Of a stretch of DNA of 64,000 nucleotides, positions 49,201-59,983 are shown one piece after another. Source of the DNA: Sphagnum compactum (Eukaryota); assembly GCA_965153455.1 (NCBI GenBank), contig OZ234493.1:20636213-20700212 (forward strand), in the 5' to 3' direction. The translations under genes were made by a program, and so were the position numbers. Below the pieces are notes generated by a model that saw nothing but the letters and a program-made list of their open reading frames with translations, did not search any database and was not told the origin of the DNA. Positions within the stretch are counted from its first letter, which is position 1; each line of letters begins with the position of its first letter.

Positions 49201-51661
49201 TAAACGTTTAAATACTTAAAGAATCCATCAACATAAGTTTTTGCTTGATAATCTTGTAGTTGAGTAGTAGCACAACTAACACAAGCTAGAGGAATTATAA
49301 ATTAATTGGCTTTGGTTGGAAAGTCAAAAGATTTCAACACATATGCAAAGTGTGATTTTCTTGTTCAAGGTTCACATGTGACCTAAAAGGAGTATTGGAT
49401 GGGAAAGTTGATGAAATGATTAAAAGTATCCTAACTTTCGTGAGGTCACTTTTGGTTTAGGGTGGTATGAATATGAATAATTAAAGGGTTAAGGAAGGAA
49501 AATGTTTCCTTATCTAGAATAGTTTGGTTTGTTTATTATGTGTTATTTGTTTCAAATGTTTGTTGGTAATGAAAACAAATGCATTCAAATGTTGAAGGTG
49601 TTTTGTCTCTTGTCAGTTCTTGATATGTGATGTGTGATTTTGGTTTTTATCCATTGCAGAGTCTTTCTTTTGAAGTAATGATGGTGGTTGAAGGCCTTTA
49701 ATTGGTGTTGATGATTTGTAATGCGAGGAAGGTTGTTTAGGGGGAGAAATTTAATGCAATTGTTGTGGAAGAATGGACATCACTTTGCATTGTAGAAAAG
49801 TTAAATGTATTGTTGTCAATTTTCAAAGGGATAAAATGCATAGTTGCTACAAACATGGGGCATGTTTCTAAAGCGAGTTTAAAGTTTTGTTTGGATTTGG
49901 TTATATTATGAGGTTCTTTTTTTGATGCAATATTAATGCTTAAGACAATCTAAAAAATGTTTGTCAACAAAATCATGAATAATGTGATGGGCAAAGGATG
50001 ATAAACACTAGGGAATGTCAAATTGACTAAGGATTTGGTTGTTTATAAAAATTAAAGTACAATTTTGGGTGGAAAGTTTGGGAATCCCTTGGTCATTTGT
50101 CAAGAATCTACCACCAGTAAGTGAAAGGTTGTTTATTATTTACGTGCGATGTCATCTAAGAGAAGTAAATTTCACGTTGGTCTAGGAACTAATCCAAACT
50201 AAAAAAAGGTGACATTTTTTACGATATTTTAGTGAGGCAATACAAATGGGGGATGAAGAGTGAAGTGTCATACAATGTAACACATTTAGGCTTCATGAGT
50301 GTTGGGTTTTATATAAAGATGTGGAAAGAAATCAAATGCTTGAGAGTTCAAACCTTTTGATTTATTTTCAAAGGGATCCTTTTAACATTTGAGAACGTGT
50401 CAATGTTATTTGCCAAGCTTGATGATCCATGATGTTTTATGAGAAAATTCCATGAAGAATATGATCACCAACACTATTTTACCTTTTTGACTTTATTGGG
50501 ATCAATGTGCTAGATTAAAGCCATAAGCTAGAAGGTTGCTTATGCATTTCTTATTATCACGACATTTACACGTGGAATTTGTATGTGTGATTATTTTGTC
50601 TTCACATGACTATGTTTTGGAATTTTTTTGTTGTTTCCTTTTTGGCTACACACTCCCTATTTGCTCACCCCCTCCTCCCTTTGCAATTGCAATGACCATT
50701 CGCCCTTTCAAGTGGCAAGGGCAAAAACAAAAGAAAAAAATTATCTATGTCAAATACTTTGCAAAGATCTTAAACAACACTAACAAAATGCACAAACTCC
50801 AAGTCTAGGTTAACTTCATACAACTTTAGGTTTACCTTTGAACACATGATATCTAGCCCTTTTCAGTGTGTGAAAATTTGCATTGTTTTATAATTGCAAA
50901 TTCAATGATAGTTTTTTAAAAATGATCAGATATTTTTAATTCAAAAAATCTTTAAAAATCACTAGATTTTGATACATGGTTCAAGTAAGAAGCCCAGAAA
51001 AAAAAATCTTTTAAATTTTCATATTTTTTAATAGTTAATTTGGCTAAATTAACTTATGGATGGGATGATCACCACCTCAACTATGTCACAAAATTGAGAA
51101 AAATGCAAAAGAAAAAGCATTGGAGACATCCAAGCCTTTTTCTTAATCACAATATCATCGCTTGTATGGAAGATGTGCAATGAAAGAGAAAGAATGTGGT
51201 GGAATAAATGGTTAGCTTGATTGGATTGAGTTGGGAATTTAAAAGTGGCTACAAGCAAGTTATAACTTAGGAGAACAATGACAAGAAAAAAAGGGGGAAT
51301 GAGGATCATGGGTTGGCACAAATTAACCATCTCAAGATGTGTAGTTTAGTTTTAACCAACTAAGTATGAGAACAATAACCCAAGGACCATGGTTAGGTGA
51401 TGATTTAGCCAAATGACGACTCCGGGAGTAGGGACCTTTGTTGGATTTTGTCACTTTTGTGGTGTATAAAAAATGGAAATATTTTCCAAAAATGAAAATG
51501 AAAAATTTTGCTTGGGAAAAAACTAAATCATAATTTTCCCCAAAAACAATTACCAGAAAATAAAAGCTAGTTGGGACTTGGGACCCAAGGCTGGGTTACC
51601 ATCAAAAGCCCTTTTCACACGGTAACGTATAATGAACACCAAATTTCACATGGGGTGAATC

Positions 51662-51750
51662 CCCAGGACGGGGGCTCTACCGAACTAATGGGCCCCTGAG
51701 GCGGGGGTTGAGGAGGGGTCCTAAATTTCAGTAAAGGCCCCCGTCCTGGG
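51662..51750. repeat. GC-rich inverted repeat (fold-back), ~36-bp imperfect arms, outer 14 bp perfect
   Basis: CCCAGGACGGGGGC (51662-51675) pairs with GCCCCCGTCCTGGG (51737-51750). Pairing continues imperfectly through TACCGAA/TTCAGTA and GGGCCCCT/AGGGGTCC. Confidence 0.85.
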
Positions 51751-52894
51751 TTTAGGGTTTAGGGTTTAGGGACCATGAGATTTGTTTTCCCACCTTTTTT
51801 TTTCATGATATACCCTTTGGGTATCATAGAAAAAGGGCGAACAAATGAGGGCAAGCGTTTCAAAAATGTGATGCCCATCTTGAAACACGTAACGGCCCCA
51901 AAGGTGGGCATTTATGTGTAGGGTAATACCCGAGGGTTGGGGTGTTCATGAAATAACGAGCCCCCAAAGCTGGAGGCCGATGGCACATTTATTTCAGGAA
52001 TATCCCGAAATGAGTGTGTCACAATGCATAAAAATGCACAAATTTTTTTTCATCGATTTTTTTATTATTTACTTTTTCCCATGATACCCAATGGGTACCC
52101 ACCGGGTATCACAAGGTAAAAAAGGGGTAAAAACCAACACAAGGTATTTCAAAAAATGAAATGCTCTCAAAAAAGGGTGATTCATTTTCTAAAATGCCCC
52201 ATGTAAGGGTTCTTCCGCTTTGTAAGGGTGTGTCCCTATACACTAGATGACATTTATCGGAGGTTTTTATGGGTTCCAAATGGCATAATTTGATGCAAAA
52301 TTCCATGGCCTAACAATTTTCATATGCGACAATTTGATGGTTGATTTCTGGCTATGAAATTTATTCTATTTTTTTTTCTCTCAAGGTGTAATCAACTAAA
52401 ATACGGTTGACGGTGAGGATGAGGACTGAAGATGGGACATCATTTCTCATCCATCCCAAGGACATTGTCTATCCTAGAGGACACCAACATGCCACATATC
52501 CGTGCACTCACTCACACACACAAACTTGAATTGTTCTCAAATTTTTAAGAATATCAATATCGTTTTTAAATGCATTAAGTCATGAGGATGGGACATTTAG
52601 TGTGTAGATTCTACCCTTGAATCATTTCCTTTGTAATCATTTAGGAAGTAGAAAACATTCCATTGAGGAGACTAAAATGGAACCCACTCATATAAATTCT
52701 TTGTTCAACTTGCAAAAGATACGTTCTTTTGATCATTGACGCTTGTTTTTTGGATTGCTTCGAATTGTTTTGTGCTAACATTATTTTTCCAAATAATATG
52801 AATCTTCCTTCAACAACTCTTTTCATTCAGATGCTAAAGCCCCAATCCAAATCCAATCCAATCCAATCCATATTTACCTTATTGGGGTGGGAGT

Positions 52895-53220
52895 GGGCCA
52901 CAATTTTGGGCTACTACCCAATGGCCACCATGCGAAGCACAAGAGTTGGGTTTGGCCTGGGCCACAATTTTGGGCTTACTACTACCTAATGGCCACCATG
53001 TGAACCACAAGAGTTGGTTTGGCCTGGGCCACAATTTTGGGCTTACTACTACCTAATGGCCACCATGTGAACCACAAGAGTTGGTTTGGCCTGGGCCACA
53101 ATTTTGGGCTTACTACTACCTAATGGCCACCATGTGAACCACAAGAGTTGGTTCGGCCTGGGCCACAATTTTTTGGGCTACTACTACCCAATGGCAACCA
53201 ACATGATGCACAAGAGTTGG
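52895..53220. repeat. 67-bp minisatellite x5
   Basis: Unit GGGCCACAATTTTGGGCTTACTACTACCTAATGGCCACCATGTGAACCACAAGAGTTGGTTTGGCCT at 52895, 52959, 53026, 53093 and 53160. Confidence 0.95.
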
Positions 53221-54552
53221 GTGAAAGGTGCCTTAGTTTGGCTGGCCATACACAACAAGTTCATGTAATCTAAGTGACAATCAGATGCCTAGGGCGCCAC
53301 CTGAGACCACACCTAGTGTCAAATAATGGTGGTAGCCATTATTGGCTAGTGGTGGCATTCCTTAAATTAAAGGGCCTAGGATAAGGTGGTAGCCTAGTCT
53401 CGCCCCGCATTTCAAAGAATTGTTCCCCACCCATGAGCCTCGCCCCTTGTAAGAAACAAGGTGAATGTTATGACTAGTCCAAACACTCATAGATTGCAAA
53501 TTGTTAGGAGTGGGAAGGACCCTAACCCCCTAAATGGGGCCTTTTACTACATTACACCTACAAGAGGCCTCTTATGAGGTTATGCCTAAATGAGGCCTCT
53601 TACTAGGTGCAAGAGGTGCAAGAGGACTCTTTTTACAAAGTATAAGAAGCCTCTTGCAAAGCATAAGATGCCTCCCTGAAAAGAGGGGGCATTATACCCA
53701 AATGTAAGGTGCCCTCCAAATAACCTACAAAATTTCTCCAAGTGGTTTATGTATAAGAAGGGAAGGCCCACTCCCCAAGGCCTCCCCTAATGTGAGGGTT
53801 GTAACCTTAGGGCATAGGCCCGAAAAGTAGGGGATGCCCATGGGAGTAGGCCTTTCGCACCCTAAAGCATGAAAGGTTTTTAAATTTAAATGGTAGAAGG
53901 TTTCCATGTGCTGAATGAAGGGTCCTTCAAGTGCTGAAGGAATCTTGCATGGGAAGAGAGAGAGGTGTAGCATTCAAATACAAATTTAAAAAATCCTTGG
54001 AATACTTTTATGGGAATTTTTTGCATGCTTTTGGAATAAGGTTTGGTATTGTACCACGCGACATACAAAAAGACAACATGTATCTATCTATCCCAGCCAC
54101 ACTGGAGTAGTATCTTAGTCTCTCGATCTCAAAGGCTTGAGATTTTGTTAGTTTTCAATCTCAAGCTCGGTTGGGGGTTGTGTGATGGGAGGAATGGGCT
54201 GTTGTTGTTGTCACAATCTCCTCATGTCCATTTCTAGTGATCTTGTTCAAGATCTTTTTGTCCAGACTAGAAAGACACAGGCACCACAATCATGTTGCTG
54301 TTGTTGTGCTGAATTGTTGCTCCTCCGTCATAGTGAAAGTTACTCTAAAGATGTTGTCATGGGTCACTAGTCTAGTGCAATGTTCTTAATCTTGATATGA
54401 TAAATCTTCCATAAGTTCACATATTAAAATATATAGGCAGGTACCCAATTGCAAGAGCCCTCACATTTATGAGAGTTTAACTGTACTAGTGTGACTTGTG
54501 TGCCATTAGCCAAAGTATGAACATAACTATGATGATAGAGCTCAATTGTGAG

Positions 54553-54912
54553 AAAACTATTCTAAAATTTTAATTAATTTTCAATGATAAAGTTTACTCA
54601 AAATTCAATATTTCTCACACTTTAAGTCCAACAATTATAAAATCACTACCAAAAAATCTCACTCATCCGGGGCTTTCCAACAATACCAAGAACTTGCTTC
54701 AATTTCTTTAAAACATTTTTCTTTGATTTTTTTGAATTGTTTTCAAAAAAATTGTTCAATATTCAATAGTTCATACAACATATGCCTAAACATTGCAAAA
54801 CCACCTTAGTGCACTCCTACTCACGAAGGCTTTCCAATGGTATCAAAAGTGTAACAAAAAGGCACCGAGGTTTGTGAGAAGACAAATGAACTACCTCCCT
54901 TAATAGATAGAT
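54553..54912. repeat. Dispersed repeat family B, copy 2
   Basis: Collinear with 31085-31460 in the same orientation. Confidence 0.75.
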
Positions 54913-57900
54913 GTAAATGATTGAAGAAAAAATGATGTAAATGTGCCAAACTTTATTGCAAGAAAATTCACTACAACAATAAGGAAGAAACTAAAAGGAA
55001 AACGAAGAAACACAAAGGAAATTGCATGGCTGAATTGCTGATCTAGTCCACATTTTTTCCTTTATTGTGATTCTTTTCAACAATGCAAAAAATGAACGTC
55101 TTTGGGTGAAAAAAAAAATCCCTTAATTTTCAAAAATCACTAGATTCTACATCAGGTTCCGCTAGGAAACAAACAATATGAAAGAATGTTAGGTCTTATT
55201 CTCCATTTTAATCAACTAATCTCTTCATGTTGAACAAGCCATTAAGGATGGGTGTCAAACCCTAAACCGTAATCAGCAGGCCTTGTCGATTCAATAAACC
55301 CTAAACCCTAATCAGCATGCCTTGCTGATTCAATAAACCCTAATATATGTTAATGCAAGGGAGTGGGTGGGTAAAAGGGTTTGGCCTAAATTCGGGCTCA
55401 TAACTCGTCCATGACCTCTTCTTGCCATGCAAACAAAGGCCATCATCAGCAAGCTAGAGGAGGCCTGGAGCAAGCTCAATAGGAGCCAGAATCAACCAAA
55501 ACCTCCCCCCTCCCTGCTCTCTAGTAAATAATGAACAAAATTGTAGGTCAGCCCACAGATGGAGATTTCTGCCAGTGCTTTTGGCTGTATACAAACAGAA
55601 GCACATGAATGTGTCGAGTGTAAGAAGATAACACAATCATAGAACATGGCTTACAAATGGTTTCGGGTTTATAGTAATATGGGGTGTCAGAAGAAGAAAG
55701 AGCTCGCTCTTGTTTTGTTTTGTTTTTTGTTTTGTGGTGGTGGTGGTGGTGGTGGTGATGGTGGTGTCTAGGGTTTTCAAAGTACCATCAGGGCTTTGCA
55801 GAGAGTTTGAAAGAGCCAATTGCAAAGGGATTCAAGTCCGGTGGGTGGGTTGGCAAAAGCTGTTGGAGCTTTGTTTTTTATCATGCCAACAACCACCCAG
55901 CAGCAGCTGACATAACAAACACCAATACTACTATTATTGTGTATCCTTCTCAATTTCCCAAATATTTTTCTGTTTTACAAAAATAATAAAATAATAAAAT
56001 AATTTTTTTAGTATTTTTAAGATTATCTTTCATTATAAGAGAAATCAATCTCACTTCCATTAGCATAGTACTTGATTGGATTCAGCCATAATTAAATTAA
56101 ATTTTAAATTGTCAATTTTTTGAGAAATTCATTGCTCCAAATTGTCAAAAAATTTAAAATTTGAACTACTTAGTGCCAAAAGTTTTAGAAACCTAAGGGA
56201 GGTTATAAGCCCTAATCACTAGCATATTTTTTTGTCTTTTTTTGCACGTGCTTTTCCTTGGTCGATAATATGACCTCAAGCTTTTTTTGGGTGGAGAATG
56301 AGGTATTGTGGGTGTGCAAATATTTGGTGGATATCATTATGTAAATATCAAATTTGAAAACATACTTGATTAAAAAAATAAATCACCATTTAAAACTCTC
56401 ACTCATCATCAACAACACAAATCCTCCAAACAAACATATTACAATCCGCTAGCATATATGTAAAGATGAATTGAAGGGCGACAACTAAGAATCAAGAAAT
56501 AAATAGATGTTACATAATTGAAATAGATGACAAATGATCGACATCCTCATTCATGCCAAAAATGTTAAATACTTTTATCATGTGGGTTGAAAATATTGGA
56601 AAATAGTTCTATTGTATGCCAAAATGTGATTTAATAAGTTAATTAAGATAATTAAATGTTTGGCACCCAAATTGTCGAATCCAATCAGGAAGGTACTCTA
56701 GTATATAGTGAAGGCTTTTTACCTAGTCAGAAGATCAAATACTTGATCAAGGTGCAAGAAGCAAAGCCTAATTTGTAACTCTCTTTCAGGGAAAGATAGA
56801 ACCACTCTAACCCCGAACCTAAAACACTACCTATTTTGTTATGTATGTCATTTTGCCCTGAAAAGATCTACTTTGGGTGGTTGCGTATATCTCTTGTATG
56901 TATGTCGCTTTTGCTCATGTAAATGCTGCTTTTGCTTTTTGTTGCAGAGAGTTATTGTTTGTTTGCATGTTGTTTTGGCATTGGAGGATTGTTGTTAGAT
57001 TTTCCATCGGCTTTTATGTCAATTGAATACATGCTCCTTACTTCAACATTTCTACATACAACAACCCCTTCGCATTTTCTCTGGCTGCTCTTGTATGAGG
57101 GGGCACTTTGCATGAATGTATGTCTCAACAACTACTTTGATTGAACCCCAAATCTGCATTCATAACAAAATTTTCATTATGTCAATGAATACTTGTAGCA
57201 TTAAGGGTATTCATTCTGAGAGGGAGAGAGAACAAAAGTAAAATGCCAAATGCCTGATCGAACACCAAGTGCAAGTGGGCAGCCAAACGCTCTACCTTCA
57301 AAGCCCATTGTTAAGTGTGAAACACATCAGTTGGTTGCCTGCTGTGGAATGCCCTGCTATTGGATATATGAGGGTTAGGTTAGGGTGATATTAAGAATAC
57401 AAGCTATATAACCAAAAGGGGTGTATAATGACTAAGCCAAGAAGGGCTGGATGGACACTCAAGCTTATTTTGTGCTAGAGAAAGGGCTGGGAATGGTGCA
57501 TTCTGCTACATAAGCACTCATTGGGCAAACACGGTGATGGCACCTTGTGAGGGCTTACCTGGCAGAATCTGCCAAGCCCATTCTCTGGAATTAAAAGTCA
57601 TGTAATGCCATGAGAAAAGTCCAGAGAATGATGGCCGAATCGGCACAGCTGCAGAATTGGTGGCAAGTGCTGATTCGGCCTCCTGACAGGGGAGCCTGAA
57701 TCTGCCTCTCCTGCTTCTAACATATACAGGAAAGGTCAGTCACAGCTGAGAAGATTCTGAATTTTTGATTTGCAACCATTGACAAATCAAACCCTAAACC
57801 CATAAGCCATGATTCTTTCGGGGACAAAAAAACCCCAAGCCTTTCTAGGATCCATTTAACCATATACCACAATTGAAAATCCACCAATACATCATCTGTT

Positions 57901-59835
57901 GTCTAATCTACATTCATGGGTAATTTCCTCAAATATTAATGGGAAACCGCTCATTGGTGCAGGAGGATAAACTGCAGATTTCTTCACTAGGGTAGCAGAG
58001 AAAAGTCTCATATAGAATTGCAGAGCACACAAGTATCCCACATCCATGTTCTGCATAAAATCTAGCAATCAAATTTGATAAGATGGCATCAAAACTAGCA
58101 ACAAACATGCTACAGAACCCCACTCAGTATGGCAATAATTACCACTCAAATACACAACAGCCAACAGAATTGAAGAGAGTAGTTCTTGCAGCACCTGAAA
58201 AAAATGTGGTTCTGCACAGAGATGCTTCAAATGAAGGAAGTCTGTGGGGTTGTATCTGCTGATCAGTCGTGCAACTCCTCCTGTCATGAACTTAACCCCT
58301 CAATGCCGGAACACCCAAACATCACCTCTGCCAGATTCCAGAATAGGTCAGCTTCGAGTTCTTACGAGTTGTAGCTTTTGTTGATGTCATATGTTCAATC
58401 AAAGCCCTTGATCACACAAGTTTTTGGTGCATGTGCCCAAAACCTACAGAAACCAAAATCCCCAAGAATCCATGTGAAGGAGCTCTAAGGATTGACCTAA
58501 AAGATCAGGGTGCACATTCCTGTTTCTCTTTGGTATAGGTCAAAACACAAATTTGAGCTATCAGCTTATTGCTCCAGCTGTGCTCCAGGAAATTCTGTCC
58601 AGGCCAATTGCATATCCACTATCTGATCTCTTCTGCCAATTCCATCAGCTGATGCTCTCCAACGTGTTGTTGTCATGCGAGCTTTTTCTCCTGTACATAC
58701 GTACATACCAACCAGGCCAGAGAGCTCCAGGAAGCTCCAGGGAGAAATTGCAGCTCAATGACTCAGCTCTTCAGTTTTGCGCCAGAAACATCAAACTGTG
58801 TGCCTCGGGATGAATTTGGGTTGTTCCAATGTGGCTTTCTGGGTACTGCTTTTATGTTTACATCATCATAGCAAGAAGAAGGCTCAACACAGAGAGAGAC
58901 AGAGACACAGAGAGTAACAAACTGAATCTCATCATCAGTTGCTTGCTCCCGGTTGTTGTTTACCATGTCCACTGTGTATGTAGATGGCTTGATAGTGTCC
59001 AGTATTCAGAATCCTTGTTCAGCATTGCATAAAGAAGCAAATGACAAGCAATTGAAGAACCCCAAAAGTTTACATTGGATCACTGATGGAAACCAGTATA
59101 ATACTCGCCAATACCATATATCCGAAGCATCAAGACCCTAACTTAGATAAACTCCGAAACACACTCCAAAATGGCAAGTTCACAACAAAATTCCAGGAAT
59201 CAACATTGATTGGAGCAAGCATGCTTTCATCCATATCTACATGAAACGGAAGCTCATGAGCCTCCATGAGCATCCATGCATTGGAACAGATTTAATAGGC
59301 ATCCATTTTCTGAGACACCAGAAACCCTAAACCTTCGATGATGATGATGATGATGATGATCAGACGCATGCTCCGTGTAGAAATTCAAACTCCACTCAAT
59401 TCAGAAAAAGGAACTCGGCAATTGGGTAACGCAGAAAAAGACGATATACTTGTGTGCGACTCCAAAAGCATAGTCTGGATCATCAGGAACTCCAAAGCTT
59501 GATTGGATGCGTGTATTCAGCCTGCACTTCGTGGTAGTGCTTGAGATTTCCATTGATGCAACAAGAAAAAAGAGACAATCTGGAAAAATCCTATACAAAA
59601 CAAAACAAAACAAAACAAAAACACAACACACTCACTAGTCTCCTGAAGAATCCAGAAGGTTTTGTTTTTGTATCCAGAAGTGAAACTTTCTTTCTCAAAG
59701 ACCAAGTTGTGACAAATTCAGACTGCTCTGAAAAAATCCTTTGAAGGGTTTGCAGATTCCTGAAACAAAAGCAAAATTTTCTCAACACAACTTTCAAACA
59801 AGCTACCTTGTGCGGCGGCGTGCTTGGAGGAACAA

Positions 59836-59866
59836 TTAGGGTTTCCAGAGTTTTTTTTTAGGGTTT
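59836..59866. promoter_or_regulatory. Two telo-boxes (AAACCCTAA on the minus strand) upstream of RRF
   Basis: TTAGGGTTT at 59836-59844 and 59858-59866, about 120-150 bp upstream of the ATG. Telo-boxes are known to be enriched near plant translation-machinery genes, but the motif is common throughout this window. Confidence 0.45.
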
Positions 59867-59983
59867 AATGTTCTACAACGTTTTTTTTACGTGTTCATAC
59901 GTGGTGCAGTTTTTGGTGAGACTGCTGTGGACTTTCGACTACCATCTTGAACGATTGTTTCTGTATAATCTCCTACAGAAAGG

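Noticed and set aside
57554..57566. CTTACCTGGCAG resembles the 5' end of U1 snRNA
   Set aside because: It is the complement of a consensus splice donor. The U1 loop sequences and a directly adjacent Sm site are missing.
58760..58872. Possible C/D snoRNA on the minus strand (ATGATGA ... CTGA)
   Set aside because: The box C lies in a GAT run, there is no convincing terminal stem, and I recognise no rRNA guide of 10 nt or more. A snoscan run would be needed.
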